Assembly (NCBI GenBank): GCA_951406725.2
Contig: OX597814.1
Coordinates: forward strand, 37,944,001 to 38,008,000
Source: Octopus vulgaris
Taxonomy: Eukaryota
Direction of reading: 5' to 3'
DNA: 64,000 nt
Of the stretch, positions 40,794 to 54,327 are shown in pieces; the first letter of the stretch is position 1, and each line of letters opens with the position of its first letter. The notes below the pieces were generated by a model that was not told the origin of the DNA, searched no databases, and worked only from the letters and a program-made list of their open reading frames with translations. The translations under genes were made by a program, and so were the position numbers.

Positions 40794-43700
40794 GTGTACA
40801 TCCATGTCCTTAATAATACGTATTGGATTCGGTTAGTTCGACTAGATACCTCGAAGTCGGTATCACAGCAAAGCTGCAATTCAGTTGCTGAAGTAAGTGA
40901 AGATAAATAAACAAAATATATGAGTTCACCTATTGATCTCTCCCCTTCACTCTTTTTTCCCTCTCTCTCTATATCCTTCTGTTTTTCTTCCCCTCTCTCT
41001 CTTTCTCGCACATAAACACACGTATTGTTCATTCCTTTCTTAATTGAGAAACAGTGATTTAAAAATCCTGATTTGAAAAAATCTTCAAATTATTTGGTTT
41101 ATCTAATCCTATCCAACAGTACAGCTAAGTGACCAAAAATGATCAAAATAATTTATATATTGGATTTTAATTTCATTATCACATCAACATAAAAACAAAG
41201 GGCTTAAACAAAATTCTGCGAAAAGGGTTCAGAATTCTAGTATTCAACTACGATGCAAGTATGCCCTTGCAAAAGAAACATGCTTGGGCAATCACTGTTA
41301 TGTCGTTGGAAATCTTATTTATAAAATAACAGCTTAAATGATTTTACTACTTAATAATACTCGGAAATTTTATTCATTTGGTCTACATGTTTACGAATGT
41401 ATGCACAACGTTTGTGTTTGTGGTGGATGTGTATAATATATATGTCGATAAGCATACATAGAAGTGTCTCCAGAAGTTATTTATATGCTCTTATATGCTG
41501 TGTGTACTAACCAATCCATTTACAGACCTATAGATATGCTTCAGCTGCTGGATGTGTAGAATGATATGGTTGCTGTGTGCAATTTCATGTGAGAAAGTAT
41601 GAGAATCATTTCATCTTTGTTTATAAGGACGAATTTTGCGTACCATGGCCCGTACGTATGTGTTCTACTTACCTAGACATTCTATCTTTATACTGTGAAT
41701 ACTATTGCTATTAGAAAATTAATGTAACCTTAATTTAATATATAAATGTACTTAAGAGATTGAATAGCAAAAGTCTGAAAAGTGTAAGTGGGAGTGTTCA
41801 AGTAAACGTATCGGGTTGAGTGTTTTGAACGTTAATAATCCCTAGATTGTATGGAAGAGCATAGGAGTAATAAAAGAAGATAAGGAAACACAATAATTAT
41901 GAAAAATAGAACAACTTTGAAGAAACATAAATGGGAATAACTAATTAACGAAGAAAAGAGAAAAGGAAATATTAGCATATAAAGTGGTTTGAAAAGTGTT
42001 GTTTACAGTTTGGAGATTGGGCTTCGTATATAGTTGAAATCTACCTGGCCATCGGAGCGCGTCTTACAAAAGAAAACTCATTTTTCCAGGTGAGACAAGA
42101 CGTATAATACTTAATAATTTATACATCTGTGTATAATTACAAACGTCATTGCATGCGATCCAGAGCACATCATTTGATGGTAGACATGGTGTAGTATCGC
42201 TTAGGAAAGAACTTCTTCGAGAGCTGTTTTTTTTAATGAATTTATCTGCATAAATAATCTGAACTATTACAGACATTTCTCAATACACACTATATGTCTA
42301 TTTACAATACCAGATCAAACAAGATTTATAATGAATAATAGATATCGAGCAAAGAAATGCCGAAGCCATAATGACTCCGGACAAAATGTTGGCTGATGAA
42401 ATGTTCTTATCCATGCCTATTTTCTTCTCTTTTCTGTAAATTGCCGGACACATTCTTCACTTTTATTGTGATTTTCCTTTGTTGAGTGGAGTAAAACTTC
42501 TCATCGTAGTTTACATGTTTTCACCCATTGCAATAGGCATTACCGTTCTCTTGATCGTTTTTGCTCCTCCTTCTTTCCCTCTCTATCACGGTCATTACAT
42601 TCAATCTTCCCTCCCCTCCCCGCTCTCTGTTCTCTCATTTCCTTTCATTTTATGCCCTCTTTTCCCTCTGATTCCTACCACACATTTCCGTTCACGTTTC
42701 TCTCTCGAGATTAGCACTCACCTCCTATGGTCCATATTTCTATGTTTAGGTAGATTTTCCGTTTAAGTTAGAATGTCTCTGTATTGCCTCTGTCTTAAAT
42801 CGGAAGATGTTTTTGTTTACATTATAGAGCTGTATGTCTTCGTTATCCTGCTTGACTTTTATAATAGGTTTGTTTAATGTTAGTCGTATGAAGATTATGA
42901 ATGACCTGTTGGGTTCAGTAGTAAAACCTTTCGATTACAGAGCTACAGCATGACAGCGAACCAGCGTGGATTCAGAGCCCACAGGAATATTCTACTTCTC
43001 AGGTAGCTCCAAGTAGAACCAAAGGAACAAGGGTATGAGCCGTATATGGCATCTATATACTGTCCAAAAGTTTTCCACTTTGAACAAGAAGGACTTTTCG
43101 TTGTTGGTGGGGAGAAGTGTAATGATCAGCCATACTTTAGGAGAATAACCTAAATAACATGGAAAATTCAGTACCTCATTTCATTTAAAATAATATCATT
43201 TCATGCCTTTCACTGCAGTTTCGCACCTTCATGAGGAGCCTTTTTCGTTTGTCCTTATTTCTGTCTATGCGAAACCATTAAATCTACAGTTTTCTCTAGT
43301 CATCATGTCAAATATTCCTTATTTACATATTCTATTGATATACACAAAAGAGCCTACGTTAAGCTTATGTATATACTTAATGTAATTTTCAGGGAGAATA
43401 ATTATGACAATGTGTGATATATATAACTTGAACATTTTGAGACATCCTACAGTGTTCCAAGAAACTTCCGTCGACGCATTTATCGCACATAATTGTTAGA
43501 CACCAAGAACTACCTCAAAAGTCACGTATTTATGACGCTATGCGATCTAACCCAAAAGAGATTCTCGTAATGGCGAAGCAATGTTGTTTACTATTGAATC
43601 ATACTTATATCTACTTTTGGCAAATATCCAGTGAATGCTGATATCCGAAAAAAAATTCTATATTTTTTAGTTGATTGATTATATTCGGAGGATAAATATC

Positions 43701-43994
43701 GAAAAGTAATTTGGTCACATAGTGGCACGGTAATTATAGTTCTATAACCGATACACCGAAAACATTATTGTTTCTTAAATGTTTGTTTGCATTATTACAA
43801 TAATAGTGTAATAAAATAAGAAGTAGCAATAATATGAAACAATATTAAACACAGCAACTGAAAATTATCAAGAAAACGTGAAAATAATTAGTTTCATAAA
43901 TTAGATTACTTCATTTACCATTTAACCTTGCAGTTTATTAGATTCACTAAGCGGTAATTAGCTTAAGTAATTATGCTCACTGAACCACACTTAC

Positions 43995-44087
43995 ATGTGA
44001 CTGCTGAACTACTTTCAATTTGTGTTTCTAATGGAAATGTCAAATCTCCCACAACAAATATTCTATAGCATGCTAGATCTGCATCTT
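43995..44087 (-). other. Candidate 93-nt internal exon
   Basis: Acceptor ttcttgttggttggttttcag and donor cat|gtaagt. Open in phase 1: DADLACYRIFVVGDLTFPLETQIESSSAVT. No recognised homology. Confidence 0.25.
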
Positions 44088-46319
44088 CTGAAAACCAACC
44101 AACAAGAAATCACACATACAAAAACCACACTCATTTAAGCATAAAAATTCAAAACTGAAATGGAAATTGTCAACGAATATTTGGAGATTGGTAGATTTAA
44201 TACTAGCTTTGTATATAAGGTAAAGAACAACAAAATTAACTTTGTAACGTGAATGAGAACAGGAGAAAATGCATGCATTATATGAGAATTATAGGAGATC
44301 TTCAAACAGAAAAACTGAAGTTAGTAGGAAGAGCACGTATAATGGACTTACGTGGTTTGTTCGAATCCACTATTACATAACAAACAATGTGATTATGGCA
44401 GTTAACAATCTCACTCACTGGGTTTTACTTTCCAGTTGGAATGTTATCCCTTCTTGAGCTTCCATCAATTCAAAATACCACATTATGCTCTCAAATATAC
44501 AAATATATATAGTATTATATTTATATATATTGTCTTTGAAATGATAGTAATCTGCACTTTATGTAATACCATTCGTAAGTGTTGTACTACATCTTAATCT
44601 CCTTCTGTATTGTATAATAGAAATATGAATGCGATGGTGAAATGTAGATAGTATAGATAAACTTATCAAACAAGCTTTAGCTATTCGTTAATTTACTCAT
44701 TTCTCATGTGCCATATACAAACACGTTACCAATTATGATTAGCTGAAAAGCGTATCGGATATTTCATTAATATATGAAAATTAGAATCTCGAAAAGGCGA
44801 TTCACAGCCAATGATGTCGCTTAAATTGCTTTTGGCATACTTTTGCGTAAACCAACAGATATTTACATTAATACTTAGCGCCAAGTGCCAACATAATCAC
44901 GGTTGACTTCGTTGAAAACTGTGACAATAACAGCTTAATGACACAAAGAACGATATGTCAAGCAACGTAAGATCATTCTTCCCTTTCAATGGCGTACGCG
45001 TTGCACACTGATAATAAAGACATTTCAAAATAGAGGATATTAATGCATCCGAACAAAACAAATATGACTTGACATGAGACTAGAATTTTAACCAAAGGAA
45101 ACTCATTTATTTACAACTCACGGGAATGACAGCTGTAAGCAAATAATCAAGTATAATTGCAAATGGGATAAACAATTAAACAAGCGTAAAAAGAAAAATA
45201 AACTGGCTCTCTAGACACAGACTTAGGGAAATGGATTAATACCTCTATACATGTGTATATGTGTTGCAGTGTGTTTCTTAATTTGCAGTTTAGAAAGACT
45301 GGCAGTTGGATATAGGGGCAACCCTCAACACTGCCTACCAGTGATATTAGAGCTGATTTAGCTTGGAATCAGTGTCAAAGTCAGTATTGCTAATAGACAG
45401 CAATGGACTGACACAAATCCCACAAAGTACTGTGTCTGATCTTTTAACAGATATACAAGTCCCCTACTCTTGATTGATACTCTGTTTTCGATGCTAAACT
45501 AATAAAATGTAAGCTGACCTACTGCTTGATTTGACATCAGCACACAGAGACGGGACAGAAGTAGAAAGGCTTTTCTCTGCCACTCTGCCGCCTCTAAAAT
45601 TTAATAGAGCTACAAAAATATGTGATCATTGCTCTTGTTTGCTATCAATATTCTTTATATAAATGGAATGAGTGAATTCACATTAAAAGTTATTTTAAGA
45701 GGAATTAGTGGTATATTTCCTTTTTTTTATTATGGCCTTTACAACACCTATTACTTCGGCAAGATTGATGCTATCATTGTTCCACTTCAGCCTTTGTGAA
45801 TCGACGTCAAGCAGAGAATTCAAGAGAATTTACGAGCTGTCAAAGGAGGATGGGTGCAATTTTAAATATAAGACATATGGGTGTTTGAACACAAAACTGG
45901 TGTTGGAAAGGGGATAGTTAAGTGACATGTGAATGCCTGAATTACAAGTTATATAAACAATGTGCTATCGGAAGGTGAGGCTGTGTAAGATAATGAGGGG
46001 TGACATTTATAGAAAGTGTAGGAATTCCTCCTTGCTATTGCTTTGATGAATGGATATTTCTTTGAAATATAAATATTCGTATTTTTTGGAAGTTAAAAAA
46101 AGCACTCTGGTAATTTTCCACTGTGGAACGCTAACAGGGTCACTATACATTGAATTAGTATGCATTAACCATGTTACGTCTAGGTTGCATGTCGATGAAA
46201 CATGTTTCAAGATGTTACAGGAGCAATGAACAAGAAGGTCAAATACTTAAAAACGTGTTGTCTTACAATGCAACAAGTAATTCATTGATACTCGCAAACT
46301 TGCTCGCTTGAATCCTGCT

Positions 46320-47200
46320 TTTACCTGATGAGGTTGTGGTCATCCTAAACTAGTGGCCCCAGTGAGGTTATTGTGCGTAGAATCTACCAGGTTCTGCTCT
46401 ACTCTCCATCACTAGCAGTCTTTTGCTGTGTCCTCTGTAACCTCCAAGATGACGTCAGGCCTCTGGCTATGTTCTCCAATCAAGTCCAGCAATCTGATCG
46501 AAGTTTGCCACGAGGCCATTACAGCACGCAGCTGCTTGTCGGATCATTGCTGGTAAAATGATCTAATGGGAGACGGAGGATATGTCTGTATGGCTATGAG
46601 GTGGAAGGATGTGGGCAAATGTATGCGTGCACGTAATTCATTATTGGAAAGTTCATTGTTGGAAATCATATCATATTCTTGATGGTTCACAAGGCTCTGG
46701 TTTCAAAGCCATCGATCGTCTTTGTCAAGGTCTTCGAGAAGTGCCAGGTTTCTGCAACATAAAGGAAAATGGCGAGGTCTGGTGAGTTGTGGATGCAGAT
46801 ATTTTTCTTCTGGGAGATACAGCAGTAGCATCAAAGGTGCTTCTATTGTAAGTACAAGACACCCGTGGCCAGACCACATTTGCGGTTGATCTCCGAAGTT
46901 AGGTCGCTGTTGTTCGTTACTGTGGAGTCCAGGTATATGAAAGTGCTGACAAACCCCACGACAATGGGGCAAATATGTTTAATGGGGACCCAAGCAATCT
47001 CAAACGTGCATCAGATTCGTCTTTGCCAAGCTTACCTGAAGACTATGCCTTGCTGATTCTTCTCTGTTTATGGTTAGTGCATCCATGCTTCGGCCTATCG
47101 AGTTGCTGAGAAGTGTAGCATCATCCCCGTACTCCAGTTGGTTAGGTGGTATTTCCCGAAGGCAACGCCAGAGATTGTTCTCAGATGTTCGACATCTGAT
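46320..47200 (-). mobile_element. RTE-clade LINE relic (RT C-terminal half)
   Basis: LEYGDDATLL...ESARHSLQVSLAKT and FVSTFIYLDSTVTNNSDLTSEINRKCGLA. Confidence 0.8.
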
Positions 47201-48760
47201 AATCAATGACGCATTTGAAGAGGATCTGATAGAAAGCTAGTGATCGATGAAATGAGAGCAGTGTGTAAATAATAAGCGAAAGGTTTTAATCGGAGATTCA
47301 TGAGAGACACAGTCGAAACTCTTTGGTGATATCGAGGGCAAAGACATGATTTATACCAAATTTTCTCAATGCAGAAACCCGATTGTGGTCGCTGTGAAAC
47401 AGTAAATACATAACGAATGTGACTTAATTAAAGCCGCGCGGCTGAATATGTTAGTTCAGTAAGGTGAGTCAGGGGGGCAAAAAAAGAGATAGAGTGATAA
47501 AGAAACGGAAGGTGAGAGAATCAATGTTTTAGAGAATGTCATTGTTAATGGCTGACTCCATTACTCAGACTTTATGGAAATATGCCATAATTGGAGATGT
47601 GAGAGAGTTTCTGATTCTAAGGAATGAAACAACCTGTAAAACGTTAACAAGAATCGGAGGAAATCCGCGAGGAAACTGAGAAATTGAAGACAGAAAAATA
47701 TCCGTGATTCGCTAATGCGTTATGTTGGAGGGTGCAACAAATGAAAACATGAAGACTATTGGCGTTGTAGCGTTGAAGTGAAAGAAAATACATTTATATT
47801 TAGACGGAGCACCTACAGGTTTTGAAGATTTTAAGATTTACCTAGTCTGAGTATTTAGCAAAAATGGAAAATATTCTGCACCTTCTGAACTGATAAAGCT
47901 CATACAATCATAGTGTTTGTGAGGTGGAAGGGAAGTGGGCGCAAACCAACTTTTCAAGAGCGTAAATGATCAGCTGCTGTTTGAAATGAGAAATAACTTA
48001 AATGTATTTGGGTGCACAACTTTGTCTCACAGTTCGGATATTAGCTTGTATTATATTGTTGAGAAAACACTACCCGATTTTGTCGAGAGATATCGTGCGG
48101 CATTAACTTTTGTCGGAACAGTTTTGACAACTTGAGGCTTTCATTCTTTGGTTGCGTGTTGGATGTGATAGAACATGCCTAATGTCTCAAAGCTTAATTA
48201 AATTCACCTGCCCCACTCTCGTTAAAGCGTGATGATTGAGGTTTGTAGTTAGCATTAAGCCGAAATAGTTAGCATTAAGCTGACTCTGATCCGATTGTTG
48301 ACTGTCTTAATATAATACAATATGTCATACATTTCAATAAAATAATATAACATGCATTGAGGGAGATTGGTGTACAGCGGTTAAGATGTTTTTTTATCGC
48401 AAGTTACAGGTTAATGACAACTGCGTATGTTACAGAGTAACACAATTCATGTTGTTGTCTCTTCAAACATATGAACAAAAAAGAGGGGACGGAGAACATA
48501 TCGCTGCGGGAGTGCACTATAGAAGCCAACTTATAAGCTGTCGACTGATGTCCTAGGAATTTAACAGCCTGCTACCGACGGAGATATAAGGACTTAAAAT
48601 AGTTATACAGATTATCCCATTATACCTCTAACTTATTGCAACAATCTTCGCTCCACCTCATTTTTGTGGTACATTAAAGATGAGACAAAATCAGGATACA
48701 TATATGTCCATGAGCCGCCATGATTCGAATGATAACTTCAAGTAGACTTGTGAGTTGCCC
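47200..48760 (-). mobile_element. Heavily decayed APE-type LINE RT pieces, clade uncertain
   Basis: VSALRKFGINHVFALDITKEF/DCVSHE resembles ALDISKAFDRVWH. Boundaries approximate. Confidence 0.55.
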
Positions 48761-49837
48761 ATAGCAGTTGTAGTTAACGAAAAATCAAAATTGTGACGGC
48801 TAATTAAGGTTAAAAATATTCCAGAATTAACAGGCATTTCAGTGAGTATTTGAGACTTTCTAAAGTCATATATTTGTCGATGCAGTTACAACGACTAACT
48901 AGACAAATTGTGACGTGTGGTATGCAGATGCGTTTATTTTTAAGAAGCCAAAGATGCAAAATTAAACTTTTCCTGCGTAACGAAAGAGGCAAACGCAGAT
49001 AAAAAACACAAAGAAGACGAGAGTAATCTATTTACATATGCTCTTGACCTTACATCACATAATTACAAAGGTAAATTCACTACACTGTATGGTATAATCT
49101 TTACCAACAGAGAGAAAATTGCTAGATTTGAATTTTCAAACTGAAAATTACTATCAACGAGTTTGACGATAAATTCTGCACACTCTTTAAAACCACCAGT
49201 AATGTCAACTGCCTCTGTGTGTGTGTGCGTGTGTGTGTATGTGTGTAGTGCTACATAATTTTATTGGATATGTTATTTATCAACTACATGCTAAGCAGTA
49301 TTCAAGCTATACTTTATAAAATCATTAAACATTCCTCCGAAATGTTGACTGCAGTACATTTACGTGTTCAATACGTTTTTCCATCAACACTTAACATCAG
49401 GTGAATAATTCTATCATATTTAATATACTTTCACTAAGATTATAAATGTAAATGTTTATTTAGCAAAACTAACGAAGCTAAAATATTGAAGAAAGATTTT
49501 TATCGTTTTATATTTGAGATATTGTAAAAGAAAAGAATGCCAAAATTTTATGGAAAACTACGTTATTCATTATGAAAGGATTGATAATCTTCCGTATGAA
49601 TTTCACTGTACAATAACATTTTTTTGTGGTATTGATATGTTTACAAGATTTTGCTTGAAATTAAAAACTTTAATGCTATTTCTATAAAGTTTGCATAGTA
49701 TGTCTTCAACAAATGCATGTATATATCACTACATATTCTCACGCAATGCTTCAATTGTATAGAGACATATTATAACCTTCTATTTGTAACACAAGTAAAG
49801 AGCTATATGCAAATATGAATATATATATATGTGTGTT

Positions 49838-49905
<68 letters not shown>

Positions 49906-49935
49906 CAAAATAAGCAACAAGGATATCCAGAGGTA

Positions 49936-50019
49936 ATGCAGTACGATCGTTTCATGCGACTCCATTTAATTCAACAATGCAAATATTACATCAATTTAAA
50001 GAGCTATCTTCAGCTGCAT
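49936..50019 (-). ncRNA. Type I hammerhead, short dispersed family, copy 2
   Basis: atgcag CTGAAGA tagc-[long hairpin]-gcat GAAA cgatcg TA ctgcat. Stem I is 6 bp and stem III is palindromic. Confidence 0.82.
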
Positions 50020-51492
50020 AAAAATTATAGAATTTAGTTAAATTCGAAGGTTTCATTTGTATAGTTATCTTTTTGTCCAGAATCACAAAGAGGATAAGTA
50101 GATAGACAAAGAACGTGTTTCATCATAGTTGTAACTGATAAAATTTCCAAAGGAAGACACTGCTTATCATCGATTATATTTATACTGCTAACATTGGTAA
50201 ATGCTGTTCATGACTATATGAGAATAAATATTTAGGAGAAACTTAGGGGAAACTCTGATAGCAGAATAGCAGAGCGAGTTTCATTAAAACTATTATTAAA
50301 TTAACGGCTGCAGATTGATACGTAGAGACAGAGCTCGGGAAACACGAAATATTGGGAAGGAAAATGTTTTACAACACGCTTAATTTAATGATAAAACACG
50401 AAAGACACTAAGGGCTTTAAACAAGGAGATAAACGAGTACAACGATTACAACCTGCTCGGAGAAGGGAAAATGCTATTAGCAGCAATACAATGAAGTGAA
50501 TGTAACTATGTGACCACACCAATCCATCGAATATCTTTTAGTCCATGCTGTCTTAGATGTTGCTGTCTATAACAGCCGAATCATCTTATAAGTAGAAGCA
50601 GTATATATTTTTGTTTCGCATAAGCTACGTATGAGGATTGTACTTGATGGGTATGTTTTTGGTAATGAAGACAAACGATGAGATTTAAGATATCATATCC
50701 TCGATAAACGTTTTGATTCGGTAGCAGACACTAATATCGATATAGAAAAAAGGTAATATTTAGATTGATGGCACGAGCTCCGTTTCATACAGCTCCTCTT
50801 AATTGGAGTACGTTATGAAGATGCTTCTTGTTATACACATACGTAGGTAATTATTTATTATTTAATTAACTATATTGCTACAGGGTTGAATAATTTTGCT
50901 TCATGTTACTGTATTTAATAATAAACTGTATGATAGATTAAACGCTATTCATATACTTGGACATAATCGTGCCTTTGAAACAACCCTTCTTTCAGCCTAT
51001 ATACTACAACATTGTATCGCTTTTCGCCTTCATATTTAAGCATGTTTTTAAATAGTGTTTAAAATCGTTTTTTTTTATCATTATTGGGGTAGAGTGAAGT
51101 AACACAAGGCTAGACTTTGAGTTACCTGATGTTTCATTTTAACAGTATCCATTAATATTGAAACAGTGCATCATATGTATTTGCAGTGATAATGCACGTA
51201 AGTTACTACAGACACCATTTTTTAAAAATCATATATTCGACTTAATGCATATATTTGACGGGACTTAGATTCACCGGAGATATATTGTTCCGCTTCAGAC
51301 TTATTAGATTACCAGATAGAAAGTTTGCGATCTAGGAATTACTGCTAATGGCTGCAGATAGATGTGTTGATAGATATATCATTCACTCAATGCAAAAGGA
51401 GTAAAAAAATCTATATATCTATATTTATCGGAAACAACTTAACAATCTATTTATGGTTACATTACAACTAGTACATAAAGCATACGATATAT

Positions 51493-51763
51493 GTATGGCC
51501 TAGTGGTTAGGGCAGCGGACTCGCGGTTTCGATTCCCAGACCGGGCGTTGTGAGTGTTTATTGAGCGAAAACACCTAAAAGCTCCACGATGCTCCGGCAG
51601 GGGGTGGTGATCCCTGCTGTACTCTTTCACCACTCTTTTTCTCACTCTTGTGTTGGCCTGCTCGCTTAGCCAGCGGGGTGGCGTCATTCGAAGGCTAAAA
51701 CAATGCGAACGCATTGTGACCAGCGATGTGAAAAACATCTGATGGTCTGGTCGGTCACGTGAT

Positions 51764-51770
<7 letters not shown>
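51493..51770 (+). mobile_element. tRNA-derived SINE, near full length
   Basis: A box tggcctagtgg, B box ggtttcgattcc, and a 3' (tcacgtga)2 tail running into (TA)n. Confidence 0.9.
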
Positions 51771-51809
<39 letters not shown>

Positions 51810-51904
51810 ATTTATTTGTTTGATAGAGAATCGGTCAGTCATTGACTAATTTAGATGTATTTACATATATAATTATATTCACATATATTTATATTAATAA
51901 TTCA

Positions 51905-52116
51905 TCTTTCTTTAGTTCCTTTTCTCATTTGACTATGGGCATCCTGGGGCACCGTGCTGAAGGGTTTTAGTCGAACAAATGGACGCCAGGATTTTTTAAA
52001 AGCCTAGTATTTATTCTCTTGATTGAACCACTGAGTTAGTGGGACGTGGTCACTCCAACACTGATTCTGAAGTGGTGGTGTGGGAGAAACACAGTCACAA
52101 AGACACACACATATAG

Positions 52117-52172
<56 letters not shown>

Positions 52173-52338
52173 GTGACAGGCTTCCTATAGTTTTCGTGTA
52201 CCGCATCCACTCTAAAGACTTTATTCGGCCCGACTCCTTAGTAGCAGAGATTTGCCCAAAATATCACAGAGTGATACTCAACCGGGAAACTACGTAGCTG
52301 CGAAGCAAGCCCCTTACCGCACAACCACGCCTGCACGT
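51905..52338 (-). mobile_element. Diverged full-length CORE-type SINE
   Basis: Colinear with 32447-32924, including the internal microsatellite. Confidence 0.8.
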
Positions 52339-53144
52339 ATGTGTGTGTGTGTGTGTTCATGTCTATGTGAATATATTTTAATATATATATATTTTAAAGA
52401 AAATAAAGGAGTTCTCGAACTCAAAATAGTTGTGGAAACAGCTTAGAAAATCGGGTAAATATTATTTAGAAGACTGAGAAAACGTGACTAGCATGCTTTA
52501 CAGAGAACCGAACCTGAACATCTCAAATGCCTACATGATAAAGGCTATTACCTAGCATTCTAAACAGAGGGTATTTGTTTTCAGATTTCTATTAGTTTAA
52601 TGATACACATTGATCAGCAAGTAAGTTTACTAAACCGTTGGTACTCCCTCTCCTGCGGAGATGTTTTAAACAGGAATGGTGAACCCATCAATGGAAATAT
52701 TGATAATTTCAATCCGGATTAAATGGTAGAATTAACTTATAACGAAAGGGACCAGGGCACTAAAATTAAAATAACACGCACTGGAGTGAGGGGTGCATTA
52801 ACCTGAGAACCAGCAGTCAGAGGGAATCCACTCCAGAACATACCGATACATCCACAGGACAGGGTCCATGAACCGTGGAAATACTGGCACACAAACAGGA
52901 AGCTTAGAAATAATATTGGATCGATATATACGAGGAGAGCACAGTCTTCTAGTAGAGGCCATAACACGAAACATAATTTGGCTGTGGAACTCAGGAAAGC
53001 TGCAGCCGCAGCCGCGGCGAGTCTCTAAGTATTTCCCTGCAGTGGCGAGTGCGCAGCGCGACCAAAGGAGTTACGAGGCAGACGCCTGCTCCGCGTGATT
53101 GTCTTGTTCAGTCGAAGAGAAATTTTTTCACAAGCACGATGACT

Positions 53145-53520
53145 GGTCTGGAGACTGGGAACCAGTCTGAGATGCATTATGAAAAATCTCTTCTGAGAGA
53201 AAGATGTTCCTGTACATACGAGCAAGCTCTCTTAATTTTAAGAGAAGGCTAGGTAATAATTTAACTTATTTTAGAGATAGTAAAAATATGAATGATATTA
53301 GCATAAGCAAACTAATGCGGTTAAAGGATCCCTAGCTATACTATATTGTGGGAATTAATCAGTACAGCTAAACAATATCGGGTAGAGTGGAGTAGATATG
53401 ATCTAATTTAGAAGAATTATATCAAATATTTATATCAAGAAACACATTGCTTAAACCCAGACTTGAACAGGCCTTAAAATGCTTGCAGAAACAGATAAAT
53501 TTTTTAAAAGATTTAAAGAA
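53145..53520 (+). pseudogene. Penelope-like GIY-YIG endonuclease relic
   Basis: MFLYIRASSLNFKRRLGNNLTYFRDSKNMNDISISK / YTILWELISTAKQY...RYDL / EELYQIF...LLKPRLE..KC. Confidence 0.7.
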
Positions 53521-54295
53521 TGTTCTGGCCAGCCCACAGCTATGTGTGAAAGGACGGTTTCGAGGACATATCCTAAACTCCAAAAATTCATAGCTCACCT
53601 TAAGAAACCTACTTTATAATCTGTCCAATGTATAACGTAGAACATAAATAAAAAAGTCAAGAAAACGAACGTATTCAGAATTAAAGAATTTACATTGCAA
53701 GCATTACACTTGAAATCAAAGCTACAACGTACTCAATCAGCACAATAAACAAAGGGCCCTGTGAAAACACTAACATCAACGTTGACATAATTAGACTTAG
53801 TGTTAACTTCGGAAATCAACTGGTGAGCATCTGAGGTCAACTACACCAGTCTCAGAACTCAGTTTGAAGGCAGCAACCCCCCCCCAAAAAAAAAATACGT
53901 AGGTTGGTTCAAAACTAGTCAAAGACACCCTGAAGAAGTTGCAACAAAAATCGTGCCAGGTTGCATCTGAAATTGCCCATAATCTGTGCAGTAGAAACAA
54001 AATCCACAATAAGGTGGATAAATTTGTAAACGAAGAAGAAAAATTTCATGAGAATGAAAAGGAGATCATTTTCTATAACTTATAATTATTACTAATATAT
54101 ACTCCAGCCGATATTACCTTCCAGTGAAGCAAATGCAGAATTATACACCAGAGGAATTTATAGAGTGATTGGCAACTAAGAGTAGTCATATACGTTAAAT
54201 ACTGAACGATGCGGTTAGCTGTAACCTGGAACGTAACGGAAAGCCACCACGCCCTCCGCTCGTATGATATATCCTTCCAAACACTCTCCACCCCC

Positions 54296-54327
<32 letters not shown>

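Noticed and set aside
42368-42398. SECIS-like ATGA...AAA...GA
   Set aside because: The helix between core and loop is too short, and no selenoprotein gene is in view.
50205-50575. Solo LTR-like ends tgttcatgac...gtctataaca
   Set aside because: No TSD, no PBS and no second copy in the window.
51493-51545. tRNA gene
   Set aside because: A and B boxes are present but there is no cloverleaf; it is a SINE head.
53141-53205. Apparent reverse-order hammerhead (gactgg TC tggaga ctg GGAA ccagtc ... CTGAGAGA)
   Set aside because: It overlaps the coding relic of a GIY-YIG domain, both boxes are non-consensus, and a simple local hairpin explains the pairing.
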